A stretch of DNA of 64,000 nt from Lama guanicoe (taxonomy: Eukaryota). A model generated the notes under the pieces. The model searched no databases and was not told the origin of the DNA. It saw only the letters and a program-made list of their open reading frames with translations. The stretch is taken from contig MU054187.1 in the NCBI GenBank assembly GCA_013239625.1, forward strand, positions 6,025,757 through 6,089,756, read 5' to 3'. The position numbers were made by a program, and so were the translations under genes. Below, one piece after another: positions 1-13,100 of the stretch (the first letter of the stretch is position 1; each line of letters opens with the position of its first letter).

Positions 1-1857
1 GGGACGACAGCCTGTGTGACAAGTATTTAGGAACGTCTGGAGTTGAACAAGAAGTTGGTAACTGCTGTTATGTCTTCCCTTTTCTTGCCTCATGAGGCCT
101 CGTCACTTTTCTCCTTGCTTCAGGGCAGTTTCCCACAGTCTTCGTCTCGTCAGGGCGATCTTTCAAAGTAGGGGTCGGACTTGCGGCTCTCTTGCTAAAT
201 TCCTCAGTGAGCCTCCAAAGCCTGTGGGGTGCAAGGGTCCTCCTTGACCCTATCCACATCTCCAGTCTAACCTACTGCCTTCCCACCCTGCCATTGATAT
301 GAGCAGGTAAGCCTTTAGCGAGCACTTTCATGTGAAGGCTCTGTGCCAACTGGAGATGGCAAAGGACAAGACAGAGTCATGGCCCCCAAGTAGCTCACAA
401 CCCAGGGAGAAGCTGGAACAGGAATTCATTACAATTGAATGTAAACCAGTATGGATGGAGATGGGTACCTTTGGGAGAACAACCCATCCTGGGGAGTCAG
501 AAAAGACCGAGGAGGAAGCACCCACCATATTCCACTCAGTGTGGAACCACTTACAGTGGCCTGGGTTCACCAGGCTTCGAAACGACTGGACCTCATTGCT
601 GTCTGTTCTGCTCTCCTTGTTCCGAGGAAAGGCTCCCTTCTCCTAGGAAGTCTGCTGTGCTGTCCGGCCACAAGAATTGCTCCCTTCTTTATGCTGTCAC
701 CAACCATGAACTCCATGCGGACAGGGAGCTAACTGTGTCCTCCAGGGCTAAGAGAGAGTCCGGCACACATAGGAATTCAATAAATATTTGCTAAAACTTA
801 GGTAACCATGCTATCTTTGGGAGCCAACAGTGGCCTAATTGCAGCCCAAGTGGCTTTCTTTCATGTGATGTCTTCACCTTACCAGTCTTGACACTAGCCA
901 GCAAAACAGTGGCAACCGGTTCCATCATGAGCGGAATCTGGAGGCAGAGGGACCCAGACAGCTGAATTCTTTCCCGTATGAAAACATTACAGAAGAGGGT
1001 TATGCTGTCATTCCGGTGATGGGAGAAATGCTTTTCAGACTTTTCTTTTTGGTGCTTTCTTCAGCATGTATAGCCCTCCAAATACCTATAGCTTAATTTT
1101 TTCTATATATTTTCAGTGATAGTGAATCTTCGTCATTTAAAGGTAAAATATATTGTCAAGCTCACCGCAATCATTTGGATACAAATTTGATAAAAGATGA
1201 GGTAGAACAATACAGGTTTTCATGGAAAAAAAAGAAACTGGGCACTAAAGAGAGTTATTTTCTATGACTTGCAATTGGTTCTGAACACAGTTTCAAAAGA
1301 TGAGCTCCAAAAATGCTTCAAAGTAGGTCCTCCACACTGGAATTAGTGTAACTGATGTAATATTTTAAGATTTATAACATCTGGAAGAACAGATACGGAA
1401 AAACAGATAGTTTTAAAAATTGGAGATGTTCTAAAGTCTGGGTAATTTTCAGTGGTTTTGGGTGTGCAAATTATCCTCCCCCTTTCCCTTCCCCTTTCTC
1501 CCATGAAGTATGACAGGTTGATTCATCATGGCTATGTCCCAAACAGAGACAAATATTTATCTGTCTAAGCAATAATGTAGTCCATTATAATGGTAGTCAC
1601 TGGAGTTCTTGGAAGAGATTCTTTTCATTCATCTCATGGGGCCTAGAAAACCTTTTTGTAACACGGTCAAGTTGTCCCTGGAATTCTCAATAGCTTTCCG
1701 GGGGCACCCACTTCATCCTCTAATGCCCACTTCCGGCCCCTGGTTCCTTTCCACTGCCCTCTGGCTACAAGTAACTCAAGTCCGTCCTATTCCCTCAGGG
1801 CTTAGCCTCCAAAATGACCATTTTCTCTTCGTACAAAACCAAAGCTACCAACCTATT

Positions 1858-1972
1858 AGATTGTACACTCCCAGAGGGTAGGAACGTCAGTCTGTTTTGT
1901 TCACTACTGTATCTCCAGCACCTAGATCAATGCCTGGAACCCTTTAGACACTCCATGTTGAATGAATGAATA
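1858..1972 (+). mobile_element. L2 LINE 3' end fragment
   Basis: 'agattgtacactcccagagggtaggaac..gtctgttttgttcactactgtatctccagcacctag..atgcctgg..gttgaatgaatgaa' resembles the recalled L2 3' terminus, including its (TGAA)n tail. Confidence 0.7.
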
Positions 1973-4305
1973 AATCTCTAAATTTGTTCATCCCAGCTAG
2001 GTGTTGGGAGGAAAAGAACCCACTGAACTAATTGACACTCATCTGTGAATGACCAGGAGTCCCTCATCTCCCTGAGGTATTTGCATACTTGAAGGGAAAG
2101 CTTGTGAATTCAAATTATTCTCAATGGGAAAACTTCAATAGTGAAGCAAATGGAGAGAAAACAGTGGAGGCCAAGGGTGGTGGGAGGGTGGGGGTGGAGG
2201 AAAACGTCAACTCAAGCAGGCCAGAGCTGCCTAGGCATTTGCCCCTGAGGCCTTTCGCTTTCCAAGGCCCTCTAGCTCGGCACCAGTCCAACTTCTAGAA
2301 GGCTTAGAGGCTCCTCCGTCCAGGCTGTCAGAACTGCAGTGGGACAAGGAGGGAGATTAAACCAGAGAGGGGCTGCTCTTTCCACGTTAAGCTTTGGCTG
2401 AACCATTTTACCATTTCTCATGTTTCAAGGAGAAGTGTCCTCACTTTCTAGTTAAATATACAAAGGGCACAGGGGGACCTGCTCATAGTTAATATTATTT
2501 GTTAATTAAACGTTAACTAATATACTTTCGCTATATGTAGATGTTATTTTTCAGCTTGTAAATTGACTTGAAATCCATGCACATTTGACAACAAGCTGGG
2601 CATACTGTAAGAGATAAGCAATAACTCTTTTTATGCCACTTATGTGTCCTCTAATGTTGTGGGGTACCAGTGATTTCTCTGTAGACATGTGTCCTGTCTT
2701 TAACATCACCCCCACAACATACCCCAAAGCATCCCCATATGCTTTCACTGACAGATATAAACTTAATGGAAATGTAAACCTAACCTCAGAATTCTGATTC
2801 TTGGTTTATAAAATGGACTATAAAAAAGGTAGAAATTGATTTTAGTGTCTCTTAATTTTTCTAATGTCAGAATTTTCTGTGGTGTCAACCTTCTTTCTGC
2901 TGTTTATTTGTAAATCCCTTGAATGAACGTTTCCCTCTTTCAAAAGACCATTCAAATATCTGATGAAAAAAAGCCCAAACCAGTGCATTTCAATAAATGG
3001 CAGTATAATGTAACAAATATTTGGAAACTCATTACTAATACTAGGAAGTAAATGTTTTAGTGATTAAGTCTAGGATAATCAAACTTAGTTATTGAATAAT
3101 TGTCCTAGTAACATAACAAAATAATTTTGATTAATCTTTTGTTCAAATAGAAATACTGTGATTACAGTCTTAGTATTACAGGTGGTGAATGAAGAGAAAT
3201 TATATTTTGCATAGTTCTGCAATTTTCTGTTTATTTTGGAGTCCAATAATAGCAAATTGCTTTACTCTTTATCTATTATAGGACTATGTTTAGTTGATAC
3301 AAGCGCCTTCCTTTATTTAAAAATAAATGCAATCTTTTACTTAATAAAATCAGCCCAAAGTGTACAACAGTTGATAGTTTAAAAGAATTATAATTGCTTG
3401 GTATTTTGCACATAAAAGGTGCTTGACAAATCTTCGTAGTTCTATCTCCTAAAAGGAAATTAGTAAAAGAAAAATTCTTCCAGATTTAATATTCATTTTG
3501 CACCAGGAAGAGAAACAGAATAAGAGACTTGGATATTTAAGGCTAGGAGATCATACAAAAGTGCCACTTTGGCCAAAGAATGATTAAAACACTCTAGTCC
3601 TGACACGTTTAATAATGGGCACACAACCTATTTCTTTGTTTCATAACCACTGCGCTCTCTCTCCCTTTTTTGGCATGGGAACAAATTCAACAAAATCAAC
3701 GCCATCCAGTTAAACTTTCTGATTTAGTAGTGGGTCCGGCTGTCCTGTCAAGCAGGATGTAGGGCAAGCCCTGTGAAGAGGCAGGAGAAATCTATTTGAA
3801 ATGGAATGTGCCCATTCTAAGTAATTTCGTGTGGGAAAACCATCTCAAGTTGAAGGATAATTACCGAAGGGCCGTCCCACCGCCACCCACCCCCCCAGCC
3901 GCTGCAAAAAGCCGCTGCGGTCCGCGTAGCGTCGGAAGCCCCTCGCCGCGGCCGGGAGGACCGCCCGCCCGGCCGCCGCTTCCTGCCCGCGGGCGGCGCA
4001 CCGGGGCTCCGGGAAGGTGCCGCGCGGGGAAACGTGGCACCCTCTCCAGCCCGCGCCCGGGGCGCTGCCGCGCGGCGGCCGAGGGCGCGGGGCTGCCGGG
4101 CCGGGAGGACGGCGCGGGGGCTGCACACCGGCCCGCGGGGAGAACCGCCCGCAGCGCCGGCGCCCGCCCGGGGACGGGAAGTGGCGCCCGGCCCGCCCTC
4201 CGCAGCCCGCGGCCCCGCAGCCCCGCGCCGCCCCCTTTCTCTCGGCCTCTCCCTCGGCCTCCGCCACCCCGGCCGAATTCTTGCATAAATTATGCCAGGC
4301 GCGCC

Positions 4306-4313
4306 TGACGTCA
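4306..4313. promoter_or_regulatory. Full palindromic CRE (TGACGTCA; CREB/ATF site)
   Basis: Exact TGACGTCA inside the 12-bp palindrome CCTGACGTCAGG (4304-4315), ~60 nt before the gap. Confidence 0.7.
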
Positions 4314-4375
4314 GGTGGCGGCGCGCGGGCGCGGGCGCGGCGCGGAGGGAGCCGGCGGCGGGCGCGCGCGGCCCC

Positions 4376-4781
4376 NNNNNNNNNNNNNNNNNNNNNNNNN
4401 NNNNNNNNNNNNNNNNNNNNNNNNNNNNNNNNNNNNNNNNNNNNNNNNNNNNNNNNNNNNNNNNNNNNNNNNNNNNNNNNNNNNNNNNNNNNNNNNNNNN
4501 NNNNNNNNNNNNNNNNNNNNNNNNNNNNNNNNNNNNNNNNNNNNNNNNNNNNNNNNNNNNNNNNNNNNNNNNNNNNNNNNNNNNNNNNNNNNNNNNNNNN
4601 NNNNNNNNNNNNNNNNNNNNNNNNNNNNNNNNNNNNNNNNNNNNNNNNNNNNNNNNNNNNNNNNNNNNNNNNNNNNNNNNNNNNNNNNNNNNNNNNNNNN
4701 NNNNNNNNNNNNNNNNNNNNNNNNNNNNNNNNNNNNNNNNNNNNNNNNNNNNNNNNNNNNNNNNNNNNNNNNNNNNNNNNN
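4376..4781. other. CHD7: Assembly gap (406 N), probably containing the TSS and non-coding exon 1 of CHD7
   Basis: The N run is seen directly in the middle of the CpG island. The exon-1 sequence I recall from human mRNA is not found on either side. Exon placement is inference. Confidence 0.6.
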
Positions 4782-5651
4782 TCGCGGCCCGCGGGGCCCG
4801 GCCCCGCGCCCCGAGCGCCGCCCGGCGCCTCAACTTTTGCCTGCGTCCGCGGGGCCGGCGGCGGCGGGGGCGCGCGGTCCGGCCGAGGGTCACTTCCTCG
4901 CATGTAAATGGCTTTTTGTTGTGCTGCCGGCGTAGGGGGGTACGGGGGACAGGAGGGAGCGTGTCTGCGCGCGGGGGAGCGCGAGCGCGTTTCCTCCCGC
5001 CGGCGCCGAGCACGAGTTGCCGGCTCCATTCGAAAGAAAAAGGAAGGAGGAAAAGTTGGGCTGCAACTCAAGTGCGAGTGGGCGATGGGCGCGCGGGCGC
5101 GGGGCGGCTGAGCAGCGGCGGCGGCGGAGGCGGCTCGGGGACGGCGGCGACCCCCGCCTCCCGCCCCCGCCCCCCGCACCCGCCCCCCGCTCCGGACCGA
5201 CCACGCCGCGCTCGCCGGGAGCGGCGGCCGCACCGGCGCGAACAAAGTGCGTCCCTGCTGGCGCGGGGGCGCCGGCCCGCGCGGGGACGGCCACCGGGCG
5301 AGGTGGGTCGGCGGTGAGGAAAGTGCGCGGGGCGCCGCGTGGGGCGGGGGCGGCGGGAACACGCGGCGCTGGGGGCGTCCCGAGCCCAGCCCGTGCCGGC
5401 CGCGGGCGCGGAGTTGCGAGCCCGGAGCCGGGGGCTCCCGGGGCTCCCCGGCGGCTCCCAAGTGCGCGAGGCGGAGAAGAAAGGGAGCGGGGCCGGGGCG
5501 AGCGCGGGGAGGCGCGGCGAGGAGGGGACCCCACCTTGCCGAGCTGGCCGGGCCAACGGCGGCGGCGGCTGCATAATAGCGACTTTAAGCCCCCGGAGGC
5601 AACTCGTCTCTCCCACCCCCGAGCCCTCCGGGGGTCAGCGCCGGGAGGGGG

Positions 5652-5667
5652 GGTCACCAGGTGGCCC
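5652..5667 (+). promoter_or_regulatory. Candidate CTCF motif
   Basis: GGTCACCAGGTGGCCC resembles the CTCF core CCACCAGGTGGC. Motif match only. Confidence 0.3.
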
Positions 5668-8600
5668 CCGAGATGGCCTGGGTGCGCTCTAGCCCCCGCC
5701 GGGATCCGCGGCTCGGAGCGTGAACGGCCGAGGTGGCTGGAGGCCAAGCGGTCAGCGGGGAGAGGAAGGAGGGCGGCGGGGGACGCGTTGTTTGTTTGGT
5801 TCGCACCGGGGACTGGGCTCGCCGGGGGTGCGGGGGTGCGGGCACCCTGTGGGCTGCGGTGCGGGGCGGCTGGGGCCGCGCGGGGCGAGCGCGGCCCGGG
5901 GGAGGGGGAGGGCGGCGGATCCCGGGCGGGGGGGTGGGTCGGGAGGCTCCGGGGAAGGAGCCGCCGGCCCCGAGCAGCCATCATTACCGAGCCGCCTTTC
6001 TCCGGATGGCTCTGCCTCGAGGAGCCCCGCGCCGTGGGAGCGCACCCCAAACTCCCGGCCGGCCGCCCGCTTTGTGAGCGCCCCCGTGGAGCGGACGGGC
6101 GGGGAGTGCTCCTGCTCCGGGGCGGACGGTTTTCCCGGAGGTCACTTTTAGAGACTGTTCACGCCTCGATTTTAAACTAGTTTTTTTCCCCCTCTTCTGA
6201 ACAGACAATGGACAAAAGAAAAGTAGCAACCCACATGGAGAGTTTCCTTTTGAATTGCTAGAATTAGATACACTATCCAGCTCTCCACTTGCTGAGTATA
6301 CTTTTTAGTTTCCCATTGTATATTATCTAGCCATCGATTTAAATAACTTATCTCGAAATAGGTCCAGCTTCTGGGCTTGATTTCTGGGCTATATTAAATA
6401 TTTTTATTTATTTCTAGAGGATTATGTGAAGGCCCTGATTTTTATTTTCTGAAAATACTAGTTTAAGCCGTCTTTGCAGTGGGCAGTACCTTTCAAAGAG
6501 GTTGAGTGTGTTTCCCCCCAATTCTCTCCCAATAAGGGGAGGGGGGGAGTGCACACGAAATGTAATAATTAAATAGGAAAAACCCCACAAAACTTGTTTC
6601 CTCACAGATATATGCGAACGATGCCAAAAAAAAAAAATCTTAGTGACTGTGACCTTAGCAGCATGGGAACCTGATTGATCCCAGTTATAATTCCATTTAG
6701 ATTGTAGCAGTGTGTAAGTACTAGGTAATTCTTATTTCAGAAATAACTTGAGCAGTGATTTTACGAAGTCGAATCCGCCTTCCAGCCCCCAGAGTACATC
6801 TGTCGCGGAGTGTTTTTGTCTTGCTGTTGCACAACAGAAACCCTCCAGTCTTTACCCTAAAATGGCAGCTTTCATTTGACTGGGGCCCATTCATTGACAA
6901 TGATAATAAAGAGGCAGAAAGCTAGATGCTGGGGGCACCAAGCAGGACTGGGTTTGCCTTTCTAGGTGACAGTAAGTAGGAGACATTTTATGTCTTCCAG
7001 ATTTGCTCACAAAAAGTTTGTGTTCCCTGAAAAATCTGTGCTGTAGACAAAGTTACAAAGTAAACAGCATTTTTAAGTGCAAAGGGGCTTGCAGCAAATA
7101 TTAGAAACTACGTTTTCTTGTGTTTGCCGAATAGTGAAATTATGACATACCCCCCCGTCTGGTAACCGGATAAAGGGACGTAATGGATTTTTGTGAGGCT
7201 TGTAACAGGTGAATTTCATCACCGTGGCACTCAAGAACTGTTTTCTAGCACTATGGATTTTATTATTTATAGTCTCTTGATATTTTCTGTTCTTTTTTTC
7301 TTCCTCTGTGCAAGCCAGTAAATTGAAGCTTGATGAAATCTGTTCTAGGTTTTTCAAAATTCAAGTGAGTTTCTAGGTAAGAAGTGAATAATAGAAAAGG
7401 ACAGGTATGTGAATTCCAAATACTAATTATATTGGTTTAATCAATGGAATTATTTTTAAGTCAGTTAAAAAATTTCTTCCTTTTTTGTGTCTTAACACAG
7501 AAGTCAGGATAGAGAAATGGTATAGGTCATTTGTAGGTAATGGTGATGGTTAAAAGCTCAAACTTATTTTCCTATTTTGAGGAAAAAGGTAACACTTTTT
7601 TTCCTTAAGTTGAAAACATAGTCAGATTTAAAATAATAAGTCTAGTAACTTAGTTTTAAAACTACGTTCATAGACTCTCCTGTACTTGATCTTGTTAATC
7701 AGTTTGAATTATAAGACTATTTCCAAAACTTTTTTTGTGAAAGTCTTACTTTTATTGAGTGAAAATGAATACCATGGGGATTATCTTTATAATGCTTTAT
7801 CAAAGAAATGTCACAGCTTTTTCTTCATACAGGTGCAGTCAGTAACATATTACCTGTAGTTTTTAAGTGGTTTTTAAGTGGTTGGGTCGAAAGAAAAAAT
7901 ATTTTTGTCTGTGAGAGAAGCGTCAGAATGCTTCTGTGCCCACGCTGTGTAATCCATTAGATCAGTGTCAGTGCCAAAGTTTAGAGTAGTTATTTCAAAC
8001 CAAGCGGACAGCGTTTTCATTCCCTGTGCTTAAGGAAGTTGGCTTGTCACACAGTCACCATCCATTCAGTTATTTTTGATTCAGCAATCATTGGCACGTT
8101 TTCCGTGTGTAAAATGACAAATAAGAGGCCTTGCTTTCCCTCAGAGAGTTGACCATCTAGTAAGAGAGAGCATTCTGTAGGCGACCAAATACTCACATTT
8201 CACTTTTAAGATTAGCTTTGGAGGTGGGAGTTATCTTTTATCCTTTATGATCTGTGGTTGGCCTTTCAGGCTTGACAGCAGCCACCATGGCCATCTTATA
8301 AACAACAACTATAAAGAAGGCATTGCAAGAAAAAAAATGCTTAGTCAGGGCTGAGCAAAGTGTGTCACTGCAAAAAATGACCCTTAAAATTTCAGTTTTG
8401 TAATAAAGTGATTCACTTCCAGCATTCAGATGGTTTCTAGATGTAAACAAACAGGCACTTAGATGTAGGTCACAGAGGTAGATGGAGAAGGACCGTCTTG
8501 GGTGAGGCTGAGATGATGTCAGGAACGGATTGGTCCTACGTGATTCCTCAGTTGTCTTGTTCGTTCACATGGACACGTTTGTAAATCTTTGAAAGGGTAT

Positions 8601-9109
8601 TCTTTTTATGCCCTTAGAAATTTGGAATTTTGTATTATTATATCTTACCAGGTTTCTAAAGCCACTATAGCTTTATCAGATAAAATTTTCCTTTTTCTCT
8701 AGAAAACTATTGTTTTGTCTTTCTGTGTGTGTGTGTTTTTTTTTTTAAAGAAAACTTCGACATTCAAAGATGATGGATGATGCTAAAGTAGAAAAGAAAT
8801 TGGGAGTAAATAACCACTTAATTTTTCTACCAAAAATACGGGGATGTGATGTCTTATTTTAGTTTGAGTGTTACTCAGGTTGGGTTGCAGTTATGGCAGA
8901 AGTCCATCGGTGGTTGTGGTGGTAGTTAAGACCTGGGAAGGTAATTAAAAAACACTGCCACTGCTCTTCTGTGTTTTGCTTCTATCAATATATTAAACTT
9001 CTTAAATGGAACCACACCCATGTGATAAAAATAATAAATCGGAGTAGAAAATCCTAATGATACTGTCAAGTAGAGACCCACCTTACAATCATTAGCGAAT
9101 CTCTGGATC

Positions 9110-9200
9110 TTTAGAGTGTGAGGACCTTAGAGAGCCAAGTCTAACTTTCTCATTTTACAGATTAAGAAACTAAAGCCCAGAGAGGTTAATTAAAGGAGCT
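9110..9200 (-). mobile_element. MIR fragment
   Basis: 'ctcattttacagattaagaaactaaagcccagagaggttaa' resembles the reverse complement of the MIR core. Confidence 0.65.
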
Positions 9201-9894
9201 GCCTCTGGCTGGCCACCCGGGTGTTGCCGCGCCGTACTGGTCACGGCTGTCCTTCTGGTGCCTAGCTGGGTGCTGGCGTGGGGGGGCTGGGTGGCCTTTG
9301 TCGGATGACTGAGCTGCTCTGGAGGAGTCGAGCTCTCCCTCGTATGTTCTGACTCAAAGTACCTTCTGACTTAAGAATCCTACAGCCGACGCTAACATAG
9401 CTCTTAAAGTTGTTCTGAAGCGAATGGTAATGTGTTTGCCTCTGCTGGGTGATGGTTTGGAGGGTTTTTGTGATTGTCCATCTCAAAAAATGCAGAGAAA
9501 ATTATTTCAAGGTTTGATGACTATTCTCATTTTAGAAGCACGTATTCATTACCATAACTAGATTCCTGTACCTTTTAACTAATGTTAGGTGACTGCAGAC
9601 ATGATTGTTTTTCTCAGTGAAGTGTTTTTGGAGGATTTTGTTTTGTTTTTACTCTGAAAATTAAAAACTGTCTTTTTAAAAATAAAAATAATGTCGAAGA
9701 GTAATGAAGAAGTGTAACTGGGCAGTCAGAGGCTGATTGGCCCCTGGGCTCGTTTGCTTACTGCGATGTGGAATCAGAGACCCTTTCTTCAGCGGGTGGT
9801 CCTTTGAGCCTCACGCTCCCACTGTAGGTGTCAGGCTTGGCTTTAGTGGCAAGTGACTCTGGGCTGTGATCAGTTTTCCTGTTTCGTTTGTTTT

Positions 9895-10660
9895 CTTGTT
9901 CATCGATTGAAGTACTTATCGGGTACCTGCTACCCAAATGGTGCTGTGCTGTGCATGAGTTAGGAGTACAGTGGTGCCAGAAGAAGATGTTGTAGACCCA
10001 GGCAGAAAATAAACAGAGCTACCGCAGTGTCATCGGTGCTGTGCGGTGGGTGTCAGGAGGAGGGAGAGTCACTTGTTACCTCTTAGGAAGTGGCTTTATT
10101 TTAGCACTGCCATCTGAGTGATGGTAGAAGGAGGCAGTGCCAGTTATCCTGGTGGGGGGAGGCAGCGTGTCTGAGGTCTGCAAGAGTGGCTAAGGTGAGA
10201 CCCAAGAGGCAGGCACAGGCCGCCTGGGGCGGGGCTTACAGGATATGGAATTTGGGACTTCAAAAAAAAGCAGCAGAACCACTGATGAGTGGTAAGCAGT
10301 GCTTGACGTGAGCTGGCTTGTGTTTTAAAGACTGACTGAGTGGGTGGGGCGGGGGAGGGAGAATGGGTTGGGACCAGCGTCCTGCCTGCAGTTGCTGATG
10401 GGAACTCAATGGTGTGGAGTAGACTGGTGGCCCAGGGAATGGAGGAGAATGGACAGGTTGGAGAAGTGTTCAGGTGGTTCAGTGACGAGGACTTGAGGAG
10501 AGATTTGTTGTCAGAATGAGGAAGGGGTCCAGGGATGTGGGTTTCGCGTGTATTCCCTGCTTGGCTGGTGATGCTCTTCATGGAGGCAGGGAGGCTTGAG
10601 GAGGGCCAGCTTGGAGGAGGACGTTCGTGAGTTTCTGAGCTTGTGACTGAGGCAGCTGGT
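9895..10660 (-). mobile_element. Degraded L2 LINE
   Basis: Begins 'ttcatcgattgaagtacttatcgggtacctgctac..gtgctg' and continues as purine-rich sequence typical of antisense L2. Confidence 0.45.
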
Positions 10661-12844
10661 AATGGGCAATGAAACCGTTGTTTCGGCTTTCTTTCCATTG
10701 CTAGTGGCTGTCTAAAACTCTCCAGAGTAATCTGCTAGCTTCCCCTCAAAGGTGCTGGTGTGCGGTGAGCCCACCACAGATCGCCGATGGGGGTCAGTGC
10801 AATGGGAGAGAAGAGGGAAACTTCGTTACTTGCCTAACGTGTGGCGCTTTGTCCACGTGCTTCCGAGGAGTTTGCTCGCTCGTCCAGAGAAGAGAGGCCC
10901 GTGGTGAGCATTTTGATCTTCCCAATCGCCGCCTTCCGGAGGCTGCTTCTGCTGCTGGTTATGTATTGAGACAAGGTCCTTGGACTCCCAGCAGATAGAG
11001 GGTGGGTCCCTCTGTGCTCTCAGGGGAGGGAACTGGTTGAATTTTAGGAGCTGGCTGCAGCCATCCCTGGGTTTGGTAGAAATGAATGTGTTACTTAAAT
11101 GATTGTGGAGGAAAATGTTATCCTTGGTCAACACTTACCTGTTTTTCTTTTGGGGGCAGGGAGGTACATAGCAACTTGTTTGACATGTACATTGTCATAA
11201 AAGTCACTTTGTTCAGGTTTTACAAGAAGTGGATTATATAGCATGATTGGAAGCAAACGAGAGATGTTAACTGGTAAATCTAGAACAGCTTCTAAGCTGC
11301 TGACTTTGACATTACATGAGATAAATTGTGAAAGCCCTGAATGTCTGTCTGGAAACAGCTTTCTGAGGGAAGTGTTTGTGCTTCTGCCTTTGGCAGCTGT
11401 TCATTTTTGTTCTGGGTCAGACTTGGCTCTAGGTGTGCAGAGAGCCTCCCTTCCTGGGACTCGCCGTCTTGGGTAATGAGTCTGTTTTCAGGTGGCTGTC
11501 TTGACGTCGCCGCTCACGGCCTTTAGATGCCATGGTGGGCCAAGTCCATCAGGGCCCTTCCCGGCTCCTTTGGGGTGGCTTCACGGGCCTGGGGGGCTTG
11601 CCTGGCTGGGGCGGCAGGCTTCATCCCAAAGCTTTGCTCTTACTCGCCGCGCTTTGGAGGGATGATTTGGATGCGCTAACATCCAGGGGCGGTGAAGTTC
11701 CCACGCGGCAGGGCGGCGGGAAAGGGCGGTGGGCCGACCTCAGGTGGACTTGCGCCAACTACTCTGGCAGCTTTTTTTTATATCTGATGCTACTTCTTCA
11801 ACTTGTTAGTTTAAAATTTTTCAAAACCCTTTAAAAATCCATTCTCTTGTTTGGTTTCATCAGCATTGCCTGCCTATGGCTTAAGAAACTGTTGCCTTCT
11901 CCTGGGACGTGGCTTCTGGCGGGAGAGTGAGGCCCGGGGTCAGCTGCCCGGCATCTCACTGGCACGGGGGGTGGGCAGGGGCCACCGTCACGGAGCAGGG
12001 TGCCTGGGCCTGGGCTGCCACACTGTGCCTTTGGGTGGGGAAGGCAGGGCGTTAGACCCTCGTGTAGTTTTGACACGTCTCGGACTCTCCCTGGCCACTT
12101 CCACTTAAAAATCAGAGGTGGCTGCACCGTATCCGTGGTTCGTCTGAGAACAGGGTGCACGGTAGCCCCATGGTGAATCCCCCGAGTTCTGCGGCAAGTT
12201 AGAGACTGCTTTAAGTGTTTAAAAAGTCCACTTTCTTCTCTTCTTGTTCTTCTGAAAGAAACTATAAACACTTCCGAATCTGTCCTGTTGATACTTAAAA
12301 CATAATTAGCAAACGTACGTATTATTCTGACACTTGTAAAAAGTGATCATTTTTACCATGATGCTGGGCAGGCGATAGTGAGAAGCCCCTTGTAGAATGA
12401 CAGGCACGCCTCCAGTTTCCAGCCGGTGCCTGCCGTTGTACTGAGTGAATAACAAAGTCAACTTGAACACAGGTGTACAGTGAAAAAGGTGTGCTAGTTG
12501 GTGGTGTATTTCTAAGTGTATGGGTCTAGAAATGACTTCATGGATGGGACTAATAATGTAACTGCTAAGCCTTGATCCTCAAGGTGAACTTGTTTTTGTT
12601 CTTTTTTTTTAACATCTCTCACACAGTGCTATATGTTCTTGTATACTTGGCCTTGTTCTTGAAATTTTGCTTTGGCTGATTGCAGGTGTATTGATCTTGT
12701 CAGAAAAAAATGCAGACTCATCTTTAGAATCTAAAAAATCATCAAATTAGGAAATAGTCTTTATTTTCTCTGTAAGGTATGTGTTGGGGAAACCAACTAA
12801 AATAGCGCAGAAATAATACAACAGCATTCAAAATAACAGTAATG

Positions 12845-13100
12845 ACCCTAACAACTAGCTAATAGTTATCGAGCATTTCCAGTCAGGTAGGCAATATTCT
12901 AAAAGTTTCAGTGGGTTTTTTCATTTAATCATCAGAGTAACTCTAGAAGATAGGCAGGATTTTTAACTCCATTGTACAGATTCAGACTTGAGCGAGGAGG
13001 TTAAGTTAAATTGCCCAAGGCCACACAGCTCTAGCAAGTGGTGGAGGAAGAATCTGAATCCAGGTTGGCCAGTCTCCAGAATCTGCATGTGTAACCATGG
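12845..13100 (-). mobile_element. MIR, near full length
   Basis: 'tcatttaatcatcagagtaactctagaagataggcag..ccattgtacaga..gaggttaagttaaattgcccaaggccacacagct..gaatctgaatccagg' matches antisense MIR. Confidence 0.8.

Larger units (their letters stand above)
3880..6140. promoter_or_regulatory. CHD7: CpG island: CHD7 promoter / exon 1 region
   Basis: About 2.2 kb of extremely GC- and CpG-dense sequence with GC boxes and a perfect CRE, flanked by AT-rich DNA. It lies ~55 kb upstream of the first coding exon, matching the known CHD7 layout of a non-coding exon 1 and a very long intron 1. Confidence 0.9.

Noticed and set aside
1090..1370. Possible ancient mariner-like (MARNA) fragment
   Set aside because: Only a short stretch near 1295-1350 resembles the recalled consensus; too weak to call without an alignment.
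3796..6180. Many long overlapping ORFs (up to 538 aa) in all frames
   Set aside because: Arg/Gly/Pro/Ala-rich artefacts of stop-codon scarcity in a CpG island; several are open only because they run through Ns.
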